Part shown: one piece after another, positions 19,883-30,568 of the stretch
Position numbering within the stretch: position 1 is the stretch's first letter
How the letters are laid out: each line of letters opens with the position of its first letter
Virus record (IMG/VR): IMGVR_UViG_3300022217_000003
Location: 96,001 to 160,000 of that record
DNA from: a virus
Taxonomy: Duplodnaviria; Caudoviricetes
Direction: 5' to 3' (one strand)
DNA: 64,000 nucleotides
Notes under the pieces: generated by a model
The model's database searches: none
Told to the model about the DNA's origin: nothing
What the model saw: the letters and a program-made list of their open reading frames with translations, nothing else
Translations under genes and position numbers: made by a program

Positions 19883-21478
19883 TTAATACCAATCCTCTTT
19901 GGGAACTTGTAAGATTTCCTGATGAGTTGGATTTAATTCAACATCTTCTACATCTTCATTATAAAAGATTTTACAAAATACCGCATAATTACCAATAGCA
20001 AACCCCGCATACCCATCTTCCCTCTGTTCCGGTTGAGATCTCAATGTATTATAAAGATCTTGCCCAGATCCAACACCACAGAAGTGGGCTATCTTATTGC
20101 CAACTTCTATTGAATGATTTATTGAACCACATACATTATCTCTGTTGCCATTCTCAGCAACACCCCCGACATCATTATAATCCAGGTGAAAAACCTTCCC
20201 GCCATTCTTTATAATGGTATACATCGGGACATCAAAGAAATCCGTATTATATAATCCATCTGGGTTAAACGCACTGCAAAGAAATTTAGTTGTTGTGTCC
20301 CTATCATACTTAGGAAGCTTTTCTTTGTTAAATGAAATGAGGGTAGTGGGGCATACAGTCGGATGACCCGCATACCTTCTGCGTGGACCTATTAAATCAA
20401 ATCCTTCTTCCGCTTTCATAATCATCTCACTTATTATGTCGCCCCTAAAAACGACATCACTATCAAAATGTATTATATTTTGCGCTTCTGTTTCTGTTAT
20501 TATCTTTGCCCAAAGCAAAAACATCCCCCAATGAGCTGGGTCTTTGTAACCCTCCATGATATCAAATTCATTGCCGACATCTATTAAAATATTATTGTCA
20601 TTAGGTATAAGCATTTTAAAATCTTCTTGCGTCCCATAAACATGAACCTTGTGATTGTGATGCTTATGAAATGAATCTAAAGATATTCTCCCCGCCTTGC
20701 CCGCATTTACTATTTCCGTAAAAATCATGTGATCCATAAAAGATCTCCTTTCATATGATTCCTTATCGCATATATATTGATTTTCTCTTAATTCTTCTGG
20801 CTCATCGATCTTATATTCATTAATGGGATTTAAGTTATTATATACATACAATGGTTTATCGACATATTTAATTCTGTCTAATCCACATACTTCAATTGCA
20901 GGTCTCATTATAGGACTATCCCATGCCCGCTGAATATACTTACCATCCCACCTTCTTAAATCTTCGTCTTTTATGCATTTCCACACTTTATATCTCATGG
21001 TTTTTAGGTGAGAGAAATTGTTTTTGGGCTCCCTTACTTCCTCCAATGAAAATATTTCCTTACTACACCCAAGCGTTGTTTTATTATCCTTTATATCAGA
21101 ATCAGTTATATATTGCCCATAAGTCAAAAGAATATCTTTATTATTATAGATATCATTGAGATATTCCAATGCATCATCACAATACAACCAATCATCTCCA
21201 TCCACGAAACATAATATATCATTCCCATCATTGCATATATGCTTTATACCCATAATAACATTTGCAATTGCTTTCTGGTTTTTATAATTCTTTAGAGTAG
21301 CAAATCTTTTGTCGTCTCCAATTGTATCCCATGCAATATTAAATGTATTATCGGTAGATGCATCATCTATAATAACGCATTCCCAATTTGGATAATATTG
21401 TGATTTAATCGAATTAATGCACTTACCAATATACTTCTCAGCATTATAAACAGGTATTATGATTTTAAACTTATTCAC
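19883..21478 (-). CDS. GT2 glycosyltransferase with a second GT-A-like domain
   Basis: IIPVYNAEKYI, IDDASTD, FVDGDD; second half HFDSD. Confidence 0.85.
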   Translation of the reverse strand: MNKFKIIIPVYNAEKYIGKCINSIKSQYYPNWECVIIDDASTDNTFNIAWDTIGDDKRFATLKNYKNQKAIANVIMGIKHICNDGNDILCFVDGDDWLYCDDALEYLNDIYNNKDILLTYGQYITDSDIKDNKTTLGCSKEIFSLEEVREPKNNFSHLKTMRYKVWKCIKDEDLRRWDGKYIQRAWDSPIMRPAIEVCGLDRIKYVDKPLYVYNNLNPINEYKIDEPEELRENQYICDKESYERRSFMDHMIFTEIVNAGKAGRISLDSFHKHHNHKVHVYGTQEDFKMLIPNDNNILIDVGNEFDIMEGYKDPAHWGMFLLWAKIITETEAQNIIHFDSDVVFRGDIISEMIMKAEEGFDLIGPRRRYAGHPTVCPTTLISFNKEKLPKYDRDTTTKFLCSAFNPDGLYNTDFFDVPMYTIIKNGGKVFHLDYNDVGGVAENGNRDNVCGSINHSIEVGNKIAHFCGVGSGQDLYNTLRSQPEQREDGYAGFAIGNYAVFCKIFYNEDVEDVELNPTHQEILQVPKEDWY

Positions 21479-22985
21479 AATTGCGCCTCCTTGGGCTTAA
21501 ATTATTATAAACTACCTTTAACTCTTCTAGCATAGCATCTCCTTCTTCTGTTGACTGTTCTGCAATTTTAATTTTTGGATAATATTCCTTGGGTAAACAT
21601 ACATATAAAACAAAAGTTCTTAAAAGGCCTTCTATTTCATTTTCAGGGAATTGTGGCATATGCAAAAAAGACTCACCCATAATACTGCTATTAATATCTT
21701 TTAAGCTCCCCTCTTTTAAATATCCTTTTTCTAAACAATATTCCCTTAAATATGTTCCTCTATATGGCTGAAAGGCAAAGCCGTTTACAGAATCAAACTT
21801 TAACTTTCTATTTAATTCTATAGTATCAAAAGCCAATTCCCTTGTCTCATCGGGGAATCCTATAATATTATTAATTCCTATTTTAACATCATATTTATTT
21901 AATATACCGAGACCTTTTACAATTTGATCATTGGTAATATGTTTTTTTAATACCGTTTTTCTAAATTCTTCATTGCCATGTTCTATGCTCACTGCAACTC
22001 TGTCACAATTCATCTTTACCAATATTTCCATTTTTTCATCTGTTATGGTATCTATTCTAGTTTGACACCAAAATGGAATTTTAAACTCAGAATACATTTC
22101 TTCAAATTTTTTTAATTTATCTAATGACCTGGACAAAAATGTTTCGGAATTAAAATATAAATAATCTACCCGAAACTTATCAACCTGGTATTTTAATTCT
22201 TTGTATATCCTATCAATAGATTTCTCCCTATAATACTTATATCCATTTTCATGATATAATTTTAAAAGGAAGGGAGCTCCACAAAAAGTGCACGGATAAG
22301 GACATCCTCTGTCAAAATTAATAGGCAACATTTTGAGCATCTTCCCACGCATAGGGGAATATAACCGCTGCTCTTCAAATACTGAAAAATCCTCAAATGG
22401 CAAATCATTTAAATCCACAGGTGCTTTTAGTTTATTTTTATAAACCTTTCCAAGCGAACGATCTTTAACCCATAAATTTTCTAAGTTTTTATAGTCTGTC
22501 CCATTTTTTAAATGATCACACAGATCTACTAAGGTTTGCTCTCCCTCACCAATACAAATAATATCAATATTGAAATGCTCTATCAATTCTTCTGGACTAA
22601 ATATCGCATACTTGCCCCCGAATACAATAGGTATATTCATGCATCCTATTGTATTAATTAATTTAAATGCTAATTCAATAGTGCTATCAACAACTGAAAC
22701 ACCTATTAAATCAGGCTTATAATTTTTGACTATATTAAAAAAATCATCAAATACATTATTTTTATTAATCTTCAAACCTTCTGATAAATCCATTTTTTTA
22801 ACTTGTATGCGTTTTTCCCTGAGATCACCAAGGTTCTTGTCAGATGTCTTATATAAAGTTGTATCAAATAATTTAACATCGTATCCTTTTTCTTTTAAGC
22901 AAGCTGCCAATAACGGTATATTGCTCGGTAGTTGCATTTGATACATTAGATTGGGAAATACTAATAAAACCTTGAACTTGCTCAT
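21471..22985 (-). CDS. Cobalamin-binding radical SAM protein
   Basis: PDLIGVS, FGG, IGEGE, RGCPYPCTFC, QPYRGT. Confidence 0.9.
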   Translation of the reverse strand: MSKFKVLLVFPNLMYQMQLPSNIPLLAACLKEKGYDVKLFDTTLYKTSDKNLGDLREKRIQVKKMDLSEGLKINKNNVFDDFFNIVKNYKPDLIGVSVVDSTIELAFKLINTIGCMNIPIVFGGKYAIFSPEELIEHFNIDIICIGEGEQTLVDLCDHLKNGTDYKNLENLWVKDRSLGKVYKNKLKAPVDLNDLPFEDFSVFEEQRLYSPMRGKMLKMLPINFDRGCPYPCTFCGAPFLLKLYHENGYKYYREKSIDRIYKELKYQVDKFRVDYLYFNSETFLSRSLDKLKKFEEMYSEFKIPFWCQTRIDTITDEKMEILVKMNCDRVAVSIEHGNEEFRKTVLKKHITNDQIVKGLGILNKYDVKIGINNIIGFPDETRELAFDTIELNRKLKFDSVNGFAFQPYRGTYLREYCLEKGYLKEGSLKDINSSIMGESFLHMPQFPENEIEGLLRTFVLYVCLPKEYYPKIKIAEQSTEEGDAMLEELKVVYNNLSPRRRNCE

Positions 22986-23800
22986 CTTTTTATAAACCTA
23001 TATGGCAAAACCCCCTGTATCATATTTGTATTATATCCGATTAACGGATCAAGGTCTATTATGTTGCCATCCAAAAACTTATCATTCAAACTTCGTACAC
23101 TGTGTTCTGTATCGATCTGTTCGGGCTCTGCGCTTTTAACATAGTTATTTGCAATACAAAAAACCCGTGGGGTTAAAAATGAATACAAAAGGGGCTTATT
23201 GTAATTCCTATTTTCATTCATCCTGCCTTCTAATTCATTCGGGAACCCAAAATTAATAGAATTTATTAACGCCTTAAACTCGTCGGTTCTATAAATATGA
23301 CCATTAATACAATGCGGATATCCCCACTCCCCATTAGGATTAGATTTAGTCCAGTCCCATACTAAAAAAACCGCATCGTTAATAAACTCAGGCAAATCTA
23401 TATCAAATTGTGCCGAATAACAATATGTGACACCCTTATGTAATTTTAACGATATAGCCACAGCCCTGGAATCATTTTTGAATGCATCTGTTATCTGCCT
23501 TATATCGGGCTCATCTATTGGATTAAATATAATTTCATCATCGACAAAGCAAAGAGAAAGCTCTTTATCAAATTTATTAATAATTATATCCTTGGTATCT
23601 TTTTGGAAATCGTTTTCCTTATGCCATTCTATTCTACCGTGACTCGATTTAACTATATCATACCCTTGTCTATATATATCATTGGTATAATTATATAAAA
23701 CATGTATCGTTCCTATGGACTTAAACCTGCTTCTTATACTCCTAATACACAGGTCTAACTGGCAAGCCCGATCAAGGCTGAAAATTAATACATTAATCAC
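22982..23800 (-). CDS. Glycosyltransferase-like hypothetical protein
   Basis: IFSLDRACQL, FVDD, WGYP, PNELE; glycan-cluster context. Confidence 0.55.
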   Translation of the reverse strand: MINVLIFSLDRACQLDLCIRSIRSRFKSIGTIHVLYNYTNDIYRQGYDIVKSSHGRIEWHKENDFQKDTKDIIINKFDKELSLCFVDDEIIFNPIDEPDIRQITDAFKNDSRAVAISLKLHKGVTYCYSAQFDIDLPEFINDAVFLVWDWTKSNPNGEWGYPHCINGHIYRTDEFKALINSINFGFPNELEGRMNENRNYNKPLLYSFLTPRVFCIANNYVKSAEPEQIDTEHSVRSLNDKFLDGNIIDLDPLIGYNTNMIQGVLPYRFIKR

Positions 23801-24630
23801 TTCCTCAAACCTCTCAATTGTTTTTTTAGATTAGAAATATTACCCAAACCAGATTTCCTATCCCACTCATAGGCCTTTTCTGTAATATCTACATACTCCT
23901 GCTTTGACATATTTAACATCCTATCAACCAATTGTATATCACTAACAAATTCCCCATAGTCTATGTATAAATCTTTAGGAACAATATCCCCTATGTTATA
24001 TGCTCCATAATAAACAGCTACTGTCTTTGCCTTCATAGTATCTCTAATTTTTTCAGTTACCCAATCCCAACTATATAAAGGATGATAACAATTCTCAAAA
24101 GCAAGGTTAAACTTATATTCATTTATTTTTTTTAATTTAGGAAAACTGCTTGGGAAGGTTTCCTGTGTTCCTACTTCGCCTATAGGGCCTCTATATAAAT
24201 TCCCATATGGTTTTATTCCATAACAATCTGTTTCTAATCCGCCAATCATATTTATGGTTTCCATAATTTGAAGTCTTGTGTGTGCTATATCTCCAGATAT
24301 GCCGCTATGTTCTCTGTGCCTACATGCCAGCATAATGCCATTTATTTTTTCTTCAAATGGCTTAAATGAGTCTAATTTATAATTATTATTAAATAAGGGG
24401 AATCCGTTAATTAATACGATATTAAATTTGTCTTTATACATATCGTATAATTTTGAATTCCATGTTATAATACCTTTATAATGTTTCCAATATTCCAGAT
24501 TGTAGTATTGGGGAAAGACGGTATACCCATCAATTAAAAATAGATACTTATTGGGATCGACTATGCCATCACAATCAAATGAAATAATATCCTTAAACTC
24601 ATTTTTCAGCTTTACATATTCGTCACTCAA
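23797..24630 (-). CDS. GT10 (alpha-1,3-fucosyltransferase-like) protein
   Basis: YKFNLAFEN, WVTEKI, VAVYYG, YIDY; paralog of 27569-28444. Confidence 0.75.
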   Translation of the reverse strand: MSDEYVKLKNEFKDIISFDCDGIVDPNKYLFLIDGYTVFPQYYNLEYWKHYKGIITWNSKLYDMYKDKFNIVLINGFPLFNNNYKLDSFKPFEEKINGIMLACRHREHSGISGDIAHTRLQIMETINMIGGLETDCYGIKPYGNLYRGPIGEVGTQETFPSSFPKLKKINEYKFNLAFENCYHPLYSWDWVTEKIRDTMKAKTVAVYYGAYNIGDIVPKDLYIDYGEFVSDIQLVDRMLNMSKQEYVDITEKAYEWDRKSGLGNISNLKKQLRGLRK

Positions 24631-25216
24631 TTACGAATCCCCATTTCCTTCTAAATAATTCTTTATTACGTTTCCCAAATTCGGGCTCTCTTTTCATTTC
24701 GTTCTTGTGCTTTAATCTAACTAAATTAGTCAGATATACTCTGCCTGCAGGATTAGCTTGTTTTAATTTCATAGTAAATTCAATATCCTCCATGCCCCAT
24801 CCATGATATTCTTCATTAAATATTAAATCATTTTTTCTATACGCCATGCAGGCCCCTGGAACATACTCCACGGGAACATAGTCATCTACTACATTACTTG
24901 ATTTGCTAACCGTATTTTGTATAGAGCCATCTATATTTAATAGCCTTGCTCCCATCATTAATACGGAGGGATCGCGCAATCTGCGAATCATTGTTTCATC
25001 CCAGCTTTCTGGAAAACCATAAAGGTCATCGTCAATGAAAATTACAAAATCTCCTTTACATTGTCGCAGGCAATCATTTCTATTTTTTGCCACACCTCCA
25101 CTGGGGTTAGATACTAAAATAAATTCATAATCCCCTCTTGCATTACTTAGAGCTTCATCTATTCTGTCTTGGACTTCCGTATCCGGTTTAATGGTAATCA
25201 TACATATAGATATCAT
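24623..25216 (-). CDS. GT2 glycosyltransferase
   Basis: AKNRN, IFIDDD, GACM, FNEEYHGWGMED. Confidence 0.85.
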   Translation of the reverse strand: MISICMITIKPDTEVQDRIDEALSNARGDYEFILVSNPSGGVAKNRNDCLRQCKGDFVIFIDDDLYGFPESWDETMIRRLRDPSVLMMGARLLNIDGSIQNTVSKSSNVVDDYVPVEYVPGACMAYRKNDLIFNEEYHGWGMEDIEFTMKLKQANPAGRVYLTNLVRLKHKNEMKREPEFGKRNKELFRRKWGFVIE

Positions 25217-26311
25217 TTAAAGAGTTCCTTCCATACAAATTTCCTTTACTAAATTAATAGCCCCCAATACAGCCTCATCCATATCCATATATTTATACGA
25301 CCCAAGCCTTCCCCCAAAGTATATTATATTTTTATATCGCTTGGCATAATTTAAATATAATTTATATAGGTCATTGTTTTTTTTATCATTAATTGGGTAG
25401 AATGGATCTCCTTTGTCTTGGGGGTATTCTTTTGTTATAATCGTGTGATCAACATCTATAGGCTCAAAATGTTTATGTTCAAGTATTCTTGTATAAGAAA
25501 CATTTTCATCTGTATAATTTATAACCGCATTGCCCTGAAAATCTTTAATATTAATTTTTTCTTCTTCAAACGACAATGATCTATATTCCAGTTTACCAAA
25601 TTTATAATTAAAGAATTCATCTATTGGTCCTGTAAATATAACATTATTATATAAATATCTTTCGTCTTTAACCTCATCCCACGATGTTTTTAATTTTATA
25701 TCAGACCCCCAAAGCAAGTTATGAAACAAGGTTGTATAACCGCCAAGTGGTATTCCCTGAAACTTTCCCCGCAAATAAGTATCATCAAAATTCAATCTAA
25801 TAGGAACCCTCTTAATAATATCTATTGGTAAATCCCTGGGTTCTCTACCCCATTGTTTTTTAGTATACCCATAAAAAAATATTTTATATATTTGCTCTCC
25901 CACCTGAGATAAGATCCACTCTTCTAAGTTATTGGGATTTTGGATATCACATTTTGTGATTTCCAATTTTTCCCTTGCTTCCTCTGGTGTGGTAACTCCC
26001 CACAATTGATATAGGGTCATAAGATTAATTGGGAATGAATATATTTTATTCTTATAACAAGCCTTGACCCTGTTTAAAAATAAGTTTAAACCACTATACT
26101 TATTTATATAATCCCAGATCCGCTTATTGTCTGTGTGAAAAATGTGTCCTCCGTATTTATGAATAGCAATGCCATCTACTTCCTCTGTATAACAGTTTCC
26201 GCCAACGTGATCTCTTTTATCTATTACAAGGCATTTATATCCCCTATCATATAACTCCCTCGCACATACACTCCCGAAAATTCCTGCTCCAACAATTAAA
26301 AAATCATACAT
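25217..26311 (-). CDS. glf: UDP-galactopyranose mutase
   Basis: VGAGIFG, HVGGNC, HKYGGHIFHT, YTKKQWG, TRILEHKHF, GRLGSYKYMDM; start trimmed to ATG 26311. Confidence 0.95.
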   Translation of the reverse strand: MYDFLIVGAGIFGSVCARELYDRGYKCLVIDKRDHVGGNCYTEEVDGIAIHKYGGHIFHTDNKRIWDYINKYSGLNLFLNRVKACYKNKIYSFPINLMTLYQLWGVTTPEEAREKLEITKCDIQNPNNLEEWILSQVGEQIYKIFFYGYTKKQWGREPRDLPIDIIKRVPIRLNFDDTYLRGKFQGIPLGGYTTLFHNLLWGSDIKLKTSWDEVKDERYLYNNVIFTGPIDEFFNYKFGKLEYRSLSFEEEKINIKDFQGNAVINYTDENVSYTRILEHKHFEPIDVDHTIITKEYPQDKGDPFYPINDKKNNDLYKLYLNYAKRYKNIIYFGGRLGSYKYMDMDEAVLGAINLVKEICMEGTL

Positions 26312-26312
26312 T

Positions 26313-27572
26313 TTAATGCCACACCTCAAGAGCTTTCGCATTATATTCATCTATTTCTTTTGCAACGATATGTTTTATTTCATTATATCTATCTTTGGGT
26401 ATCTTGGGACAAAAATAATTGTATGGGGATTGGTGTGAGAATAGGGCGGAATCATAATTATCATTTATTAATCCCTCTTCAAGACATTCGGTATATAATT
26501 CAGTTCCCTTATATGGTGTAAAGAAACTTAATGTTATCCTGAACGGATTTAGTGACTTAATAAACTTCATTGTTGTCAATATATCTTCTTCTGTTTCTTC
26601 CGGGAATCCTATAATACAGTAAGCCTTCCACTGTATTTTATTCTTGTTTAAAATATCGGCGGCTTTTAAGAAGGTCTCTGTCTTCTCTCCCTTATTTATA
26701 TATTCCAATATGCGGTTAACCCCACTTTCAAGCCCTATGCTCATTTGCTTACACCCGGACTTTTTCATGCACTTAACCATTTCATCTGTTATCACATCAG
26801 CCCTTGTATCACACCGCCAACTGGATCTTAAATTATATTTATCACAAAATTCAAGCAACTTCTTCTTATTTAATGTAAATGTTTCGTCCCAGAATGTAAA
26901 AAAATCTGATTTAAATGCATCTTCAATATATTTCATTTCTCTAATTATTCTATCCACGCTTTTACATGTTACTTTTCTCCCCCAAATATTTGATGAGGAA
27001 CAAAATCTGCAGTTAAAGGGACACCCCCTGGACGACATCACATGGGCATATCCATTGGGAGAATACTTATCTAATAACATATCAAAATCAGGAAATGGCA
27101 ATTCGTCCAAGTCCTGTAACCTGCCCCCATTTGACTCGTATTCCCCTCTAAATACCTCTACATCAGAGGGGTATTCTTCGGGGCTAATGGTGGGATGCGC
27201 CCCACCCACGAACACAGGTATACCAAATTCTTGTTTTGCTATCTTGTAAATTGACATAAATGACTTATATTTTACGTTTAAAACCGTAACTCCTATTTTA
27301 TCAGGTCTCTCTTTTGATATAGTGGCCCTTAATTCATTCCATATGCTATGATTTAGGTCACTTATTCCGTTTATAAACTTATTATAGTTTTCTTGCCTGC
27401 CATCATATCCCTCATAATGTGTCTTTGCGCCTACTTCCATATTCTTTATCTTGACATCATACCCTTCACTTTTCAACTTTGACCCTACTGCTAATAGGGA
27501 TAATGGCACGTAGTCTTGTTGTAGCGTCACGAACCTGTAAAACGGTGGGTTTATTAATAAAACTTTTTTCAC
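26313..27572 (-). CDS. Cobalamin-binding radical SAM protein
   Basis: GGAHPT, SRGCPFNCRFC, GLESG, IIGFPEET, TPYKGT. Confidence 0.9.
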   Translation of the reverse strand: MKKVLLINPPFYRFVTLQQDYVPLSLLAVGSKLKSEGYDVKIKNMEVGAKTHYEGYDGRQENYNKFINGISDLNHSIWNELRATISKERPDKIGVTVLNVKYKSFMSIYKIAKQEFGIPVFVGGAHPTISPEEYPSDVEVFRGEYESNGGRLQDLDELPFPDFDMLLDKYSPNGYAHVMSSRGCPFNCRFCSSSNIWGRKVTCKSVDRIIREMKYIEDAFKSDFFTFWDETFTLNKKKLLEFCDKYNLRSSWRCDTRADVITDEMVKCMKKSGCKQMSIGLESGVNRILEYINKGEKTETFLKAADILNKNKIQWKAYCIIGFPEETEEDILTTMKFIKSLNPFRITLSFFTPYKGTELYTECLEEGLINDNYDSALFSHQSPYNYFCPKIPKDRYNEIKHIVAKEIDEYNAKALEVWH

Positions 27573-28444
27573 AGATTCGTAGCCAACTCTTTTAATTCTT
27601 TTAAAAAAGTTGGTTCGTTTTGTTTATAAAAATCATATGCCTTCTCGGTCATTTCAATATACCGATCCCTTGGAAAGTTAATCAAATAATCGGATAGTTC
27701 TGCATCATTTGAAAAATCCCTATAGTCTATATATAATTCCTTGGGGATTCTTTGTTCTATGTTATAGCAACCATAATAAACAGCCACTGTTTTTGCCGAG
27801 AACACATCCCATATCTTTTCTGTTATATAATCCCAACTCCAAAATTCATGGTAAGAATTTTCACAGACCAAAGAAAATCTATATTCATTCACCTTTGAAA
27901 TCTTATCATATCCATATTTATGTAGATTGACATATTGATGATCTGGGTCTCGCTGTCCTAATATGCCTTTATACATTTCACCGCAATTCAAACCGCCATA
28001 TACATGCTTTACCAAACTTTGTATTCCGTTCATTATCTGCAATCGCTTATAGCCAATTGCACCCTCATTGCAATCAAAAAAGGTTTTGAGATTACTTACA
28101 ACACATATTCCATTTATCTTTTCTTCATAAGACTTATAACTATCTAATACTATATCTTCTCTATACATATCGTGACATAGGCAGAAATCTTTAACAAGAT
28201 GTATGTTCAGTTCGTTCTTATGAGCTTCATAAAATTTAGAGTTCCATGTTACCACGCACTTATATTGTTTTAAAAGATCTATATTATATCCATTGGGGGA
28301 TATAGAATATACTTCTCCTAAGTGAGCAATCTTATCTTTTTTATTTTCATCTCCCACCCCTGGGCACAGTATAAAGTTAGGATTTAATTGTTTCCATTCT
28401 CCTGGTATATCTCTTTGTCCGCTAATTGATGTGGGATTTATCAT
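27569..28444 (-). CDS. GT10 (fucosyltransferase-like) protein
   Basis: YRFSLVCEN, YITEKIWD, VAVYYG, YIDYRDF. Confidence 0.75.
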   Translation of the reverse strand: MINPTSISGQRDIPGEWKQLNPNFILCPGVGDENKKDKIAHLGEVYSISPNGYNIDLLKQYKCVVTWNSKFYEAHKNELNIHLVKDFCLCHDMYREDIVLDSYKSYEEKINGICVVSNLKTFFDCNEGAIGYKRLQIMNGIQSLVKHVYGGLNCGEMYKGILGQRDPDHQYVNLHKYGYDKISKVNEYRFSLVCENSYHEFWSWDYITEKIWDVFSAKTVAVYYGCYNIEQRIPKELYIDYRDFSNDAELSDYLINFPRDRYIEMTEKAYDFYKQNEPTFLKELKELATNL

Positions 28445-29130
28445 TCCCTTGTAGCCCCTTCAAAGTCATTATAGACCTGCGATGTTATGCTCTCTCCACT
28501 CTTTTGCCATATTAATTTTGGTTTAACAACAACGCAATTGAAATAAGGCTGTATACGACTTAAATAAAAATTATCTAACTCTGCCCCATATAATATACCT
28601 TCGTCTAATATTTTATCATATAAAGTATTTTTAACTGCATATGCATGACATGATAATAGATTATTACCCTTGACCACGTTTTTTGCGATTGGCAATACAT
28701 GTGCCCCCTCTCTAATACTACTTCCTAAATATAGCATATCCCATCCAACCGTAGTCTGTTGTTCTATCGCAATTAATTGATTTGATACCTTTTCAAATAA
28801 TTCATTAACATCATCTCTAATACCAATATCATCTTCTAATATAAGAACATTATCATATTTTCTTTCTTTGGCCAATTCGACACATCGAACATGTGCTTTA
28901 TTCGCACCACATATTCCCAACTTATAATAATCATGTATTTTATTTGCACTGACTAGGTTTTGATAATGTTTTTCTGGTACATCATCAAGGTTTTTAAGTC
29001 TTATGCCGGGAACTCTTTCATAATTTTTAATATTGGCTTTCTCTAATTCTTCAACAACGTCCTTCCACCTATCTATACTTTCATCTAAATTTATAACAAA
29101 TATCTTATCAAAATAAGTATCTATATTCAT
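28441..29130 (-). CDS. GT25 glycosyltransferase
   Basis: FVINLD..DR, LILEDD, WDMLYLG, CHAY. Confidence 0.85.
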   Translation of the reverse strand: MNIDTYFDKIFVINLDESIDRWKDVVEELEKANIKNYERVPGIRLKNLDDVPEKHYQNLVSANKIHDYYKLGICGANKAHVRCVELAKERKYDNVLILEDDIGIRDDVNELFEKVSNQLIAIEQQTTVGWDMLYLGSSIREGAHVLPIAKNVVKGNNLLSCHAYAVKNTLYDKILDEGILYGAELDNFYLSRIQPYFNCVVVKPKLIWQKSGESITSQVYNDFEGATRE

Positions 29131-30086
29131 TCCATTTCCTTTTCAAAAAATTTATACGCCGAGGATATAATCTGTTTTAAACCATGTGTGGGCTTCCACC
29201 CCAGAACTTCTTTTGCTTTATCATAAGATGCTATTCTGATAGGGGGATCACCTTCTCTTTTTTTTGATTTCTTTGTCGCAACCTTTTTTATATTGTTAAC
29301 TTCATTAATGATTTCCATTACGCTATATCCAATACCTGTCCCCAAATTAAATACATTGATTTTATTATCCTTCTGTATATAATCCATTGCATCAATATGC
29401 GCCTGACAAATATCATTAACATGAATATAATCCCTTACACATGTACCGTCTATCGTGTCGTAATCCATACCATATATATTAACTGGTTTATTTGTTAATG
29501 CTGCTTTGATTACATTTGGAATCAGATGTGTTTCAGGATCATGCAGTTCTCCTGTCCGTAACTTTTTGTCACTACCTGCTACATTAAAATACCTAAAAAT
29601 AATATAATTAATATCATAATACAATTTATAATATTGCAGTATCATCTCGGCCATATATTTAGTATACCCATAGGGATTCATTGGCCTGATAAAAGAATGT
29701 TCTTGTATAGCACTGTCACAATCATCATATACGCAACATGTGGATGAAAATATAATATTTTTGATATCATAACAACTCATTGTATATAATAATGTATCAA
29801 CGCCCCTGACATTATTATACATATATTTATCGGGGTCTTTGAATGATTCTGATACAGTGGCATGTGCCGCCAAATGGATTACCAGATCTATTTTTGTATT
29901 ACTAAATATAGAATGGAGAATATCTGAACTATAATAAGTGCCTTTAAAAAAAACATCGTTAAATACGTGCTCTTTTTTTCCCTGACAAAAATTATCAATG
30001 CCTATAGTATAATGCCCTTGCTTCTTAAGCATTAAAGAAAGGTGGCTACCTATATATCCCGCACTACCTGTTATTAATATGTTCAT
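29127..30086 (-). CDS. galE: UDP-glucose 4-epimerase
   Basis: TGSAGYIGSH, PYGYTK, RYFNVAG, ETHLIP, DGTCVRDYIHV. Confidence 0.93.
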   Translation of the reverse strand: MNILITGSAGYIGSHLSLMLKKQGHYTIGIDNFCQGKKEHVFNDVFFKGTYYSSDILHSIFSNTKIDLVIHLAAHATVSESFKDPDKYMYNNVRGVDTLLYTMSCYDIKNIIFSSTCCVYDDCDSAIQEHSFIRPMNPYGYTKYMAEMILQYYKLYYDINYIIFRYFNVAGSDKKLRTGELHDPETHLIPNVIKAALTNKPVNIYGMDYDTIDGTCVRDYIHVNDICQAHIDAMDYIQKDNKINVFNLGTGIGYSVMEIINEVNNIKKVATKKSKKREGDPPIRIASYDKAKEVLGWKPTHGLKQIISSAYKFFEKEME

Positions 30087-30567
30087 ATATTATTTCTTCC
30101 ACCTTATTAATACAATACCCAGGTGCCCATGTCTTTGTATCCAATATTAAATCGGGCTTTTTCGGTATTTGATATGGGCTATCTATGCCTGTAAAATTTT
30201 TTATTTTATTATCCCTTGCTTTTTTATACATCCCCTTAACATCTCTTTTTTCACACACTTCCAAATCTGCCTTACAGTATATTATATATGTATTAGGAAC
30301 TATATTTCTTATCTGTTCTCTGTATTTTTCAAAGGGCGATATAAAATCTGTTATTAAATTTATGTTTTCCGCATTAAGAATTTTGCATAGCTCAATTATT
30401 CTGCGCATATTTTCCCGCCTATCTTCAACGGAAAACCCCAGATCTTTACACAAGCCCTTTCTAATATTATCTCCATTTAACAATAAAAATTCTGGATATT
30501 TTTCTTTTAGCTTATTGGCTATGGTTGATTTACCCGAACAGGGCAATCCAGTAAACCATAAAATCAT
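30064..30567 (-). CDS. cysC: Adenylylsulfate (APS) kinase
   Basis: WFTGLPCSGKST, DLGFS..DR.EN, ISP, RDVKGMY, FTGIDSPY; start trimmed to ATG 30567. Confidence 0.93.
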   Translation of the reverse strand: MILWFTGLPCSGKSTIANKLKEKYPEFLLLNGDNIRKGLCKDLGFSVEDRRENMRRIIELCKILNAENINLITDFISPFEKYREQIRNIVPNTYIIYCKADLEVCEKRDVKGMYKKARDNKIKNFTGIDSPYQIPKKPDLILDTKTWAPGYCINKVEEIIYEHINNR

Positions 30568-30568
30568 T

